Shown: positions 16,230-24,318, numbered from the stretch's first letter. The stretch is DNA of 32,000 nt from Terriglobales bacterium (GCA_015655585.1 JAATEV010000013.1:1-32000), one strand, 5' to 3'. The notes: generated by a model not told the origin, from the sequence alone. Translations and numbers: made by a program.

Positions 16230-16697
16230 CTAATGACAGGCTCGCCGCAAGACGCACTGCGTATTCAGCACAAGCATCAGGCGGTCATCGAAACGATAGA
16301 CGCCCTCGATCATCTCTTTCCGCTCCTGCGGCATATTGTCGGGCGTGGGCTCATACGATCCGACCGGAACATCCAGCACATCGCCAATGCTATCGACCGA
16401 CAGGCTCACCACTCCATCCTCTGAACGGATGACGATATTCATCTCCTGCTGATCCTCTGGGAGCGGGCCTATGCCCAGACTTCTTCTTGCATTGATGGCA
16501 GTTACAATCTGGCCGCGCAGGTTGATCAGCCCCTGGATGACCGAGGGTGCAAGCGGAACCTCGGTCATCTCCTGATAGCGAATGACCTCTTGTACCTTGA
16601 CGACCTCGATCCCAAGGAACAGGTCTCCTACGTGGAATGTTGCGTACTGCTTTGTCGTGTTCTCGCTCTGCATGGATGCCGGCTCATAGTGGTTCAT
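16230..16697 (-). CDS. cheW: Chemotaxis coupling protein
   Basis: 155 aa. FHVGDLFLGIEVVKVQEV ... GLINLRGQIV ... typical CheW fold motifs. The ATG overlaps the cheA stop (ATGA). Confidence 0.9.
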   Translation of the reverse strand: MNHYEPASMQSENTTKQYATFHVGDLFLGIEVVKVQEVIRYQEMTEVPLAPSVIQGLINLRGQIVTAINARRSLGIGPLPEDQQEMNIVIRSEDGVVSLSVDSIGDVLDVPVGSYEPTPDNMPQERKEMIEGVYRFDDRLMLVLNTQCVLRRACH

Positions 16698-19336
16698 CGG
16701 GAGACTCCTACGGCGGAAGACCCATGCAATGTTCTGATGGAGGCGTCTCCGGCCAGATCTTTCATCGTCTGCAACAAGGCGTCACGATCGCCTCTGGGAA
16801 TCCAGGCATCGAATCCATAGGAGCCCAGTCCTTGTGGAGGCACCGCGGCCATCAGCACCTTATCGAGCAGCGCTACCACTGGAATCGATGCGGCTCCGCT
16901 CTTTTCACGAACCGCAGCGATCAGAGTCTGTGACTCCTTGCCGAAGGGATTGAGTCCCGTGGCGATTACTTCGGCCGTCTGCTGGAGAAGAAATGCCTGC
17001 GCCTCCGGCCAGGTCGCAGCCTCGTAGACGCGGTAGCCGGTTATTTCGAGATAGCTGCGCAGGAGCTCACGTACAGTCGATGAGGGGTCCACGATCAGCA
17101 CGCGTGCGGCATCCACCTTCGGAGTATCGGGATTCAGCAGCCAGTCATCGCCACAGATCTTCACGATCGTGTGCAGGTCGATCAGATCGGTTACCTTGCC
17201 TCCGATTACGGCAGAGCCGAGAAGCCCTCGCGCAGCGCCAGAGACTTTGACGGCAACAGTGTCCTCGATGATGTCTTCGATGTGATCGACAACGAGACCG
17301 ATGCTTCTTTGGCCATAGGCGAAGACAATGACGTACAGATCCTCCTGTTCGAAGCTTGTGTCTTTTCGCGTGCTGTCGAGCACGCTGGCCAGTGATATCA
17401 GAGGGAGGATGTTGTCGCGATAATGAATCACCGGAGCGCCGGAGGCGTATTCCATACGATTACGATCGAACTTTTCAAGACGCGCCACGGTGGAGAGTGG
17501 AACAGCCACGCGTTGGAATCGTCCTGCGCGAAACAGGAGAAAGCGCTGCTGTGCGGCGGCCTGAGGCGCTGCGGGCTTCTCTTTTCTTCCTGCGGATTGC
17601 CTTGCTTGTGGAACGATTCCAGCCAGCCGTGCTAATCCGGATACATCCAGGATGAGAGCGATCTTTCCATCGCCCATGATGGTCGCTCCCATGTAACAGC
17701 TCAGTCCGCGTAGCTGCTTGCCCAGAGGCTTCACCACGATCTCCTGCGTATCGCAGATGTCGTCGACGACGAGCCCAAGCTGCCGGTCTTCTGCCTGAAG
17801 CAAAACGATATTCACTACGTTATGGCTGTTGGGGGTAGTCCGGCCAAAGACCTGGCTCAGATAGATGAGCGGAAGCAGCTTGCCGCGATGATGATAGACG
17901 GCGGTTCCATGAACCGACTCGATCCTCTTGATCTGCTCCGGCCCCTCCAGTCGCACCAGCTCCAACAGGCTCGTCTGCGAGATGACGAATCTTTGCTCCC
18001 TCTTTCCATCCTGCCCGTTCAACGTAACGACCAGACCGGGAATAATCGCCAGCGTCAGCGGAATCTTGATGCGAACGGTGGTGCCATGTACCGGCTGATT
18101 GAAGACATCGACCGATCCGCCGATCCGTTCGATGTTGGTGCGAACCACGTCCATGCCAACGCCGCGACCGGAGATGCTCGTAATCTTCTCCGCGGTAGAA
18201 AATCCGGGATGGAAGATTAGCTGAATGGCTTCGGCGTCGCTCATGCTTGCAGCTTCTTCGGGGCGCAGCAGACGCTTCTCGATCGCCTTCCTACGGATCT
18301 TGTCCGCATTGATGCCGGCGCCATCGTCCGACATCATGATGTTCACGTGTCCACCCTCGTGATAGGCACGCAGGGAGATCTTCCCCTGAGGGCTCTTGCC
18401 TTTATGGATTCTTACATCCGGAAGCTCGATGCCGTGATCGCAGGAGTTGCGGACGATGTGGGTCAACGGGTCTTTGATGGCCTCGATCACGGTCTTGTCC
18501 AGCTCCGTACCGGCGCCCTCCATCTCGACCATGATCTTCTTTCCGCACTCGGAGGCGATGTCGCGGACTACGCGCGGCAGCTTGTTCCACACCACGCCGA
18601 TGGGCTGCATCCGCGTCTTCATGACGCCTTCCTGAAGCTCGCTGGTAATCAGGTTCAGGCGCTGGGTTGTGCCGTTGATCGCCGAATTGAGGACTGCCGT
18701 GTCCTGCAGCAACTGGTTCCGCGCAAGCACCAGTTCTCCCACCAGGTTCATCAGCTTGTCGAGCAGAGCTACATCCACGCGGATGGTCGAATCCGAGGCG
18801 AGGCTGGTTTTGGACTCGGATTCTCCAGTCGAAACTGCAACTCCTTCGTCTGAATCTTCCGAGGAGGCTGCCTGCGCCGAGTACGATAACACCTCCGGCT
18901 CAACCATCTTTGCCGCATCAGTCTGGAGTGTTGGGGCCGGTGTCTGGATGGGTTCCCTACTGTAGGCATCTTCCAGTTTTTTACGCAGCGGCTGGTAGAT
19001 GTCTGCACCTTCCGTACCCGTGTTCTCGATTGAACGCAGGATCTTCCTTACGGCGTCCACTGTTTCAAGGACGAGGGAGATCAGCTCCGGCGTTACCTCT
19101 CTCTGCTTCTCCCGCGCCTGGCTCAGAAGATTTTCAGCGATATGGCTGATGGAGCCGAGGATGGAGAAATCAAAGAACCCGCACGTCCCCTTGATGGTGT
19201 GGATCGTGCGAAAGATGCTCGCGATCAGCTTCTCGTCGCGTGGATTTCGCTCCAGCTCAACGATCTCCAGATCCAGAGTCTCCAGGTTCTCGTTGCTTTC
19301 GATCAGGAAATCTTTTACGTCTTCGTCCAAGACCAT
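16694..19336 (-). CDS. cheA: Hybrid chemotaxis histidine kinase: Hpt-dimerisation-HATPase-CheW-CheW-degenerate receiver, no P2 domain
   Basis: H box FRTIHTIKG, N box HIVRNSCDHGIE, G1 DDGAG, G2 GRGVGMD. Two CheW-like segments (about residues 435-575 and 600-735). C-terminal 136 aa are receiver-like but lack key residues. SD GAGAGGGG precedes the ATG. Confidence 0.9.
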   Translation of the reverse strand: MVLDEDVKDFLIESNENLETLDLEIVELERNPRDEKLIASIFRTIHTIKGTCGFFDFSILGSISHIAENLLSQAREKQREVTPELISLVLETVDAVRKILRSIENTGTEGADIYQPLRKKLEDAYSREPIQTPAPTLQTDAAKMVEPEVLSYSAQAASSEDSDEGVAVSTGESESKTSLASDSTIRVDVALLDKLMNLVGELVLARNQLLQDTAVLNSAINGTTQRLNLITSELQEGVMKTRMQPIGVVWNKLPRVVRDIASECGKKIMVEMEGAGTELDKTVIEAIKDPLTHIVRNSCDHGIELPDVRIHKGKSPQGKISLRAYHEGGHVNIMMSDDGAGINADKIRRKAIEKRLLRPEEAASMSDAEAIQLIFHPGFSTAEKITSISGRGVGMDVVRTNIERIGGSVDVFNQPVHGTTVRIKIPLTLAIIPGLVVTLNGQDGKREQRFVISQTSLLELVRLEGPEQIKRIESVHGTAVYHHRGKLLPLIYLSQVFGRTTPNSHNVVNIVLLQAEDRQLGLVVDDICDTQEIVVKPLGKQLRGLSCYMGATIMGDGKIALILDVSGLARLAGIVPQARQSAGRKEKPAAPQAAAQQRFLLFRAGRFQRVAVPLSTVARLEKFDRNRMEYASGAPVIHYRDNILPLISLASVLDSTRKDTSFEQEDLYVIVFAYGQRSIGLVVDHIEDIIEDTVAVKVSGAARGLLGSAVIGGKVTDLIDLHTIVKICGDDWLLNPDTPKVDAARVLIVDPSSTVRELLRSYLEITGYRVYEAATWPEAQAFLLQQTAEVIATGLNPFGKESQTLIAAVREKSGAASIPVVALLDKVLMAAVPPQGLGSYGFDAWIPRGDRDALLQTMKDLAGDASIRTLHGSSAVGVSR

Positions 19337-19354
19337 GACGACCTGCCCCTCTCG

Positions 19355-20128
19355 TTACACGCCTTCTCTTGCAGAACAGCACGTCCTTCCATGCCTAAAG
19401 CGGACGCGGTGATGTTCGGAATCTCTCCAGATGCAGACAGGAACGCACTCTATCGAGCTGACGGATAAATCCTTTAGAGAGCTCTCCTGTGAGCCGTGAA
19501 TGGCTGGAGATAACGGCACCGAGAGGTTTGCGGTTTTGGAGACGGCGTCGACCACCTTGCCCACCGAAGCGTCAAAGTCCGCTGCGAGCTCGGCCAGTTT
19601 CTTGTCGTAGGTGTTCTTGTTCTCTTCGATATAGATGGAGATTGCGAGGTCCATGTCCAGCATGATGGCCTGGGTGACGGCACGTATCATTTTGTTTGCC
19701 TTCTGCTGTCCCTCTTCCGGCGAGATTCCATTGCTATAGCTGTACCGGGTGATCGCGGCAAAGATGAAGTTCATGGTGAAGGTATAGCCGCCGATGTACC
19801 AACTGGGCTCAAGACCGATGCGGCTGTGCGTCAGGCCGATCTTGCGTACCGAGGCCACGTAACTCTCGTCGAAGCGGCCGGAGAAGAGGTTACGCCAGTG
19901 GCGTCCCTGGGCCTCGCGGGCGTGCGCCATGACCGCTTTGATACGCTCCGGCTCGGTTCCAAACATTCTGATCAGCTCAGGCCAGCGCCCCACATGGGCA
20001 TAAAAGCTCTCGAGCGCCTGAGGCAGCACCTCTTCAATGACAGGGAGAACCTCCTGCAGGGCAGAACGGGTTTCCTCGTTGACTGCAAGGAAATCAAGAC
20101 GGTTTTGAATCGCCAGATTCGTCGACAT
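19355..20128 (-). CDS. Sensor globin (protoglobin / HemAT-type heme domain) with truncated transducer tail
   Basis: ESFYAHV (B10 Tyr position) and KIGLTHSRIGLEPSWYIGGY (proximal His motif) match globin-coupled sensors. After about residue 170, LAADFDASVGKVVDAVSKTANL resembles the start of an MCP signalling module. The ORF ends 18 nt before cheA. Confidence 0.75.
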   Translation of the reverse strand: MSTNLAIQNRLDFLAVNEETRSALQEVLPVIEEVLPQALESFYAHVGRWPELIRMFGTEPERIKAVMAHAREAQGRHWRNLFSGRFDESYVASVRKIGLTHSRIGLEPSWYIGGYTFTMNFIFAAITRYSYSNGISPEEGQQKANKMIRAVTQAIMLDMDLAISIYIEENKNTYDKKLAELAADFDASVGKVVDAVSKTANLSVPLSPAIHGSQESSLKDLSVSSIECVPVCIWRDSEHHRVRFRHGRTCCSAREGV

Positions 20129-20476
20129 CTAAAGCCTCACGCGAAATGAAATTGGCCATATTTTGCGGAGGATCGATGCTTCATCCATGCGCCCGAATAC
20201 GTGCCACACAGACGATATCGTCAGGTTGAAAAAAAACCTTACGGGGTGGGGGTGGTAGATTTTTTTCTGTTTCGTCGTCCAAAGGGAGGTTTGGTACGTC
20301 TTTGTTGGATATCGACGCTATTTTGAGTGGTTGCATCGTGGTTTTGTGTGGGTGGAATGTGGCTGATTGGCGGCTGGGAAGGGTGGACTGACGGAAAATG
20401 TAGCGAACCTTAAGAAAACGTGAAATGATGAAGAACTCAAAATGAGAATTGATTCCCAAATTCATAGGAGAGACGT

Positions 20477-22420
20477 GTGAAAGCTGATCGGCGGCAGATT
20501 CTTAAGAGTGGTGTAGCTATTTTGGGCGCAGGTGCGCTGAACGCGCAGGAGTTATTTGGACAGGCCCGTCCAGCGGCGAAGGCGGCGGCGCATTCGGCGT
20601 CGAACTGTGCCTGTGAGACGGCGGCGGACGGATCGCCTCTGGATACGGGAACCAGCGAGATTGCTCCGGTTGTGGAGCGTTACCAGGTGGAACTGGCGGA
20701 CCTGAACCGTATCTTCCTGCCGGGTTCGGCGCTGCATCAGTCCAAGGTCGAGGCGTTTTATACCGGCCAGTTGCATCTGCTGGAGACGATCAACTTTGAC
20801 GCTCTCAGCCGGTCGGGCAAGGTGGATTACCTGTTGCTGCGCGCCAGGCTGTTGCAGGAGCAGAAGCAGTTGGCCGAGGATGCCAAGCAGGATGCCGAGG
20901 TTGCGGCGATTCTGCCGTGGCAGCAGGACGTATTCGGGCTGGAAGAGGCCCGGCGGCGTATGGATACGCTGGATGCGAAGAAGGCCGCGGCCACGCTGTC
21001 GGCGCTGACGACGAAGCTTGTTGCGGCCAAGCCGCCTGCCGGAGCGAACCCTGCGGTGCTGGGTCGGTCGGCTTCGCGGGTGCAGGAACTGCGGGGAGTT
21101 TTGCAGGAGTGGAACACGTTTTATGCGCTGTACGATCCGAGCTACGCGTTCTGGGTCTCTGAGGAGCTGAAGCGCACGGACGCGGCCCTGGGCAAGTATG
21201 CCGAGGCGCTGTTTGCCGCTTCGGGAGCGCCGGGGACTCTGGAGCCGGTTCCGAGCCTGCGTGGCGTTCCGGGCGGCGCAGCGGCTGGCGGCCGTGGCGG
21301 GCCGGGTGGCCGGGGCGGTGCGGCGGCTGGACGTGGCGCGGCTGGCGGTCGTGGACGGGCGCGCAGCAATGCTCCGCTGGGCAGCGAGGAGGAGATTGCC
21401 GGTATCGGACCGGTGGGCAGCGAGGCGCTGACGGCAGAGCTGCGCCAAGCATGGATTCCTTATACGCCGGAGGAGCTGATTGTGCTGGCGAACAAGGAGT
21501 TCGACTGGTGCGATAAGGAGATGCTGAAGGCAACGGCGGAGATGGGCTTTGGCACGGACTGGAAGGCCGCGCTTGAAAAGGCGAAGAACGACTATGTTGA
21601 GCCGGGCAAGATGATCTACTGGGTCCGCGACAATGCTCGGGACGCCGTTGCCTTTATGGAGGCCCATGAGGTGCTGACGATCCCGGCAGGGGTGAAGCAG
21701 GACTGGTGGGAACAGGCGATGACTCCGCAGCAGCAGTTGGTCAACCCGTTCTTTACGGGGGGCGCTACGATCCAGGTCTCTTCGCCGGCCAGCAGCATGA
21801 CGTATGAGGAGAAGCTGGCCAGCCAGCGCGCCAACAACATCTACGAGGGCTATGCCACGGTGTTCCACGAGCTGGTTCCGGGGCACCACATGCAGGGCTA
21901 CATGAGCGCCCGCTACCGCACGTACCGCCGCGGCTTTGCCAGCGCTGGGCCGTTCTGGAGCGAGGGCATGGCATTCTACTGGGAGATGCTGATGTGGGAC
22001 CTGGGATGGTTCCGCACGCCGGAGCAGCGCGTGGGTGCGTTGTTCTGGAGGAAGGAGCGTTGCGCGCGCATCATCTTCTCGGTGAACTTCAACCTGAAGA
22101 AGATGACGGCCCTGGAGTGCGTGAAGTTCCTGATGGATCGCGTGGGGCATGACCGTCCCAGCGCCGAGGGCGAGGTGCGCCGTTCATTCAACGGATCGTA
22201 CTCGCCGATCTACCAGTGCGCTTATATGCTGGGCGCGTTGCAGTTCTATGCGCTGCACAAGGAACTTGTGGGAGGGGGCAAGATGTCGAATCGCCAGTTC
22301 CACGATGCGTTCTATCGCGAGGGCAATATGCCAATCGAGATGGTGCGCGCCGCGATCTCGGAGGTTCCGCTCACCCGGGATTACCAGAGCAAGTGGAAGT
22401 TCTACGGCAACCTTAGCTAA
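20477..22420 (+). CDS. DUF885 family protein (HExxPGHH metallo-motif), TAT-exported, with Gly/Arg/Ala insert
   Basis: GTG start after AGGAG. Twin-arginine leader KADRRQILKSGVAILGAGA. HELVPGHHMQ motif. Confidence 0.8.
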   Translation: MKADRRQILKSGVAILGAGALNAQELFGQARPAAKAAAHSASNCACETAADGSPLDTGTSEIAPVVERYQVELADLNRIFLPGSALHQSKVEAFYTGQLHLLETINFDALSRSGKVDYLLLRARLLQEQKQLAEDAKQDAEVAAILPWQQDVFGLEEARRRMDTLDAKKAAATLSALTTKLVAAKPPAGANPAVLGRSASRVQELRGVLQEWNTFYALYDPSYAFWVSEELKRTDAALGKYAEALFAASGAPGTLEPVPSLRGVPGGAAAGGRGGPGGRGGAAAGRGAAGGRGRARSNAPLGSEEEIAGIGPVGSEALTAELRQAWIPYTPEELIVLANKEFDWCDKEMLKATAEMGFGTDWKAALEKAKNDYVEPGKMIYWVRDNARDAVAFMEAHEVLTIPAGVKQDWWEQAMTPQQQLVNPFFTGGATIQVSSPASSMTYEEKLASQRANNIYEGYATVFHELVPGHHMQGYMSARYRTYRRGFASAGPFWSEGMAFYWEMLMWDLGWFRTPEQRVGALFWRKERCARIIFSVNFNLKKMTALECVKFLMDRVGHDRPSAEGEVRRSFNGSYSPIYQCAYMLGALQFYALHKELVGGGKMSNRQFHDAFYREGNMPIEMVRAAISEVPLTRDYQSKWKFYGNLS

Positions 22421-22430
22421 TTGACGGAGA

Positions 22431-22482
22431 GCGCCCGCTGGTCTGCCCCTAAGTATGGACTTGGGGGTTGGTCGGCGGGCGC
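22431..22482 (+). other. Two-tier GC-rich hairpin downstream of the DUF885 gene
   Basis: Outer stem GCGCCCGC (22431-38) / GCGGGCGC (22475-82). Inner stem CCCC(T)AAGT-atgg-ACTTGGGG (22446-66). No T tract. Confidence 0.35.
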
Positions 22483-22551
22483 GATTCGCAGTAGTCTGAG
22501 TCCTAGAGTCTTGGATTCTTAGAGTCTGGGAGTCGTAGAGGAAGATAACGA

Positions 22552-23136
22552 ATGTTGCGTGAGGACGGCGTCAGGATCATCCGCAGCAGGACGCCGGAGT
22601 CGGCGGCCATGTCGGCAAATGTGAAACGGGCGATGGCGATGACCGCCAGACTGAACCGGTTGACGTTTGAGGATGCGGATGAGGTTCGAGCCTTGTTCAG
22701 CGAACTTATCGGTAAAAAAGTAGACGAGAGCTTTTTGCTGATTCCGCCGTTCTATACGGCGGGTGGGGACGAGATCCGCGTGGGGCGGAATGTTTTCGTG
22801 AATCAGAACTGCACGTTCTATGACCTTGGCGGCCTGGACATTGCGGACGATGTGATGATCGGGCCGAACGTGAGCCTCATCACGACGGGCCATTCCCTTG
22901 AACCTTCCGAACGCCGCTCCGTCACAATCGGAAGGCCGATTGTGATTGAGAGAAATGTATGGATTGCAGCGGGCGCAACGGTCATTGGCGGGGTGACTGT
23001 TGGGGAGAATTCGGTGGTAGCTGCGGGAGCGGTCGTCACGAAGGATGTTCCGCCGAATACTCTGGTTGGAGGAAATCCGGCGCGGGTGATTCGTTCGATT
23101 GGCGATGAGGGAAGAAGCATCGATCCGGGAGAGTGA
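22552..23136 (+). CDS. Sugar O-acetyltransferase (maltose/galactoside acetyltransferase-like, left-handed beta-helix)
   Basis: Mac-type N-terminus, hexapeptide repeats (IGPNVSLIT, IERNVWIAAGATVIGGVTVGENSVVAAGAVV), GGNPARVIR. SD GAGGAAG. Confidence 0.8.
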   Translation: MLREDGVRIIRSRTPESAAMSANVKRAMAMTARLNRLTFEDADEVRALFSELIGKKVDESFLLIPPFYTAGGDEIRVGRNVFVNQNCTFYDLGGLDIADDVMIGPNVSLITTGHSLEPSERRSVTIGRPIVIERNVWIAAGATVIGGVTVGENSVVAAGAVVTKDVPPNTLVGGNPARVIRSIGDEGRSIDPGE

Positions 23137-23188
23137 GCGGAAGTTCAAACCGCGATACTGTTGACGGTTAGAATGAGAAGACGCATGA

Positions 23189-23217
23189 GCCGGACTTATC
23201 TGAGGTCCGGCGTTTTT
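23189..23217 (+). terminator. Rho-independent terminator after the acetyltransferase gene
   Basis: 9-bp stem GCCGGACTT / AGGTCCGGC (one G-U), 5-nt loop, then GTTTTT. Confidence 0.7.
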
Positions 23218-23243
23218 GCATGGCACGGCAGAGGAGGAGAGAT

Positions 23244-24104
23244 ATGGCGCCGCAGGTTAGCTTCGATGGGTTGAGGGTGCTTTCGCTGGAGTCGCGGAGA
23301 GCGGTGGAGGTGGAGAAGCTGATCCGGACGTATGGCGGGGAGCCGTTTGTTGCGCCGTCGATGCGCGAGGTGCCGCTGGAGTCGAATACGGTGGCTCTGG
23401 AGTTTGCCGGGCGACTGTTGCAGGGGGAGTTCGATCTGGTGGTGTTTTTTACCGGGGTGGGGCTGCGGGCGTTGTTGCAGATTGTGGAGACGAAGTATGA
23501 GCGGGAGGCGTTTCTGGAGGCCTTGCGGAAGGTGAAGATTGCGGCGCGTGGGCCGAAGCCTTTGGCGGTGATGCGCGAGGTTAACTTGCAGGCGGAGGTG
23601 ACGGCTCCGGAGCCGAATACGTGGCGGGAGTTGCTCGCTGCGCTGGATGAGAAGTTCGGCGGAGAACTGCGCGGGTTGCGGGTGGCGGTGCAGGAGTATG
23701 GGGCTTCGAATGTAGAGTTTCTGGAGGCCCTGAAGCAGAGGGGCGCGGTGGTGACGCAGGTTCCGGTGTACCAATGGGCTCTGCCGGAGGACGTTGGGCC
23801 GCTGCGGGAGAGCGTGCAGAGGATTGCGAGTGGGAAGGTGGATGTTCTGCTGCTGATGACGGCGGTGCAGGTGGTCCATCTGTTCCAGATTGCGCGGGAG
23901 CTGGGGCGCGAGGATGAGCTGCGGGCAGGGTTGGCTGCGATTGTGGTGGTGTCGATTGGGCCGACGACGACGGAGGAGCTGGGGAGGTATGGGTTGAAGC
24001 CGGACTTTGAGCCCTCGCACCCGAAGATGGGGTTCATCGTGAATGAGGCGGCCCAACATGCGGACAGGCTGTTGAAGGAGAAGACTGCGGCCCGGTCGCT
24101 TTGA
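23244..24104 (+). CDS. hemD: Uroporphyrinogen-III synthase family protein
   Basis: LRVLSLESRRAVEVEKLIRTYGGEPFVAPSM and a second half-domain ... VVSIGPTTTEELGRYG, as in HemD-like proteins. ATG 23244 follows GAGGAGGAG. The ATG at 23220 abuts the terminator. Confidence 0.6.
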   Translation: MAPQVSFDGLRVLSLESRRAVEVEKLIRTYGGEPFVAPSMREVPLESNTVALEFAGRLLQGEFDLVVFFTGVGLRALLQIVETKYEREAFLEALRKVKIAARGPKPLAVMREVNLQAEVTAPEPNTWRELLAALDEKFGGELRGLRVAVQEYGASNVEFLEALKQRGAVVTQVPVYQWALPEDVGPLRESVQRIASGKVDVLLLMTAVQVVHLFQIARELGREDELRAGLAAIVVVSIGPTTTEELGRYGLKPDFEPSHPKMGFIVNEAAQHADRLLKEKTAARSL

Positions 24105-24186
24105 GGTAGCTGCGGCTTTGGCCGCGATAGGTTGGTGGGATTTTTCTTCTGAAGAGGGTGGGTGATTCTCCTGCTGGATGCGGGCT

Positions 24187-24213
24187 TATTCCTGTGCGCC
24201 TTTTTGCCGATAA
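24187..24213 (+). promoter_or_regulatory. Sigma-28 (FliA)-type -10 box GCCGATAA with poor -35
   Basis: Perfect GCCGATAA at 24206-24213. The tetramer 15 nt upstream is TATT (2/4 versus TAAA). Confidence 0.3.
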
Positions 24214-24244
24214 GGGTTCCAACGCGAACCGGTTCTCGGGGGAT

Positions 24245-24271
24245 TCAAGGGATTGGGGCGGTTGCCGATAG
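24245..24271 (+). promoter_or_regulatory. Sigma-28 (FliA)-type promoter candidate TCAA-N15-GCCGATAG upstream of cheY-cheX
   Basis: TCAA at 24245-48, 15-nt spacer, GCCGATAG at 24264-71 (7/8 versus GCCGATAA). Lies 47 nt before the cheY start. Confidence 0.45.
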
Positions 24272-24318
24272 AGCTTAGAAGCAGCATATCCATGGAGCAC
24301 GGCAAGGGAGGACGGCAA

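Noticed and set aside
16062-16697. CheV-like CheW-receiver fusion through read-through of the cheW TAG; the stub is in the same frame as cheW, 17 codons after the stop.
   Set aside because: Only about 55 codons follow the stop, too few for a receiver domain. The intervening 17 codons (SLAARHDAASRFHPGRA) have no receiver character and no Asp acceptor.
20188-20206. Sigma-54-like element TGGCACG-N-...GGGCGCA on the minus strand, about 60 nt upstream of the globin gene.
   Set aside because: The -24 half (TGGCACG) is perfect. The -12 half lacks TTGC and its GC is one position out of register. No enhancer-binding protein gene is nearby. Worth a PWM scan but not reportable as a promoter.
20181-20465. 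94-aa minus-strand ORF in the AT-rich gap between the che operon and the DUF885 gene.
   Set aside because: No SD and a low-complexity sequence with no recognisable motifs. It spans A8/T7 runs typical of a promoter or spacer region.
11866-20476. Classical integrase-borne tRNA island with att direct repeats.
   Set aside because: No integrase, recombinase or transposase ORF lies in the block. I could not find a copy of the tRNA-Ala 3' end (GGTTCGATCCCGCTCAGCTCCACCA) near 20130-20480. Only the compositional argument remains, and it is reported as a finding with that caveat.
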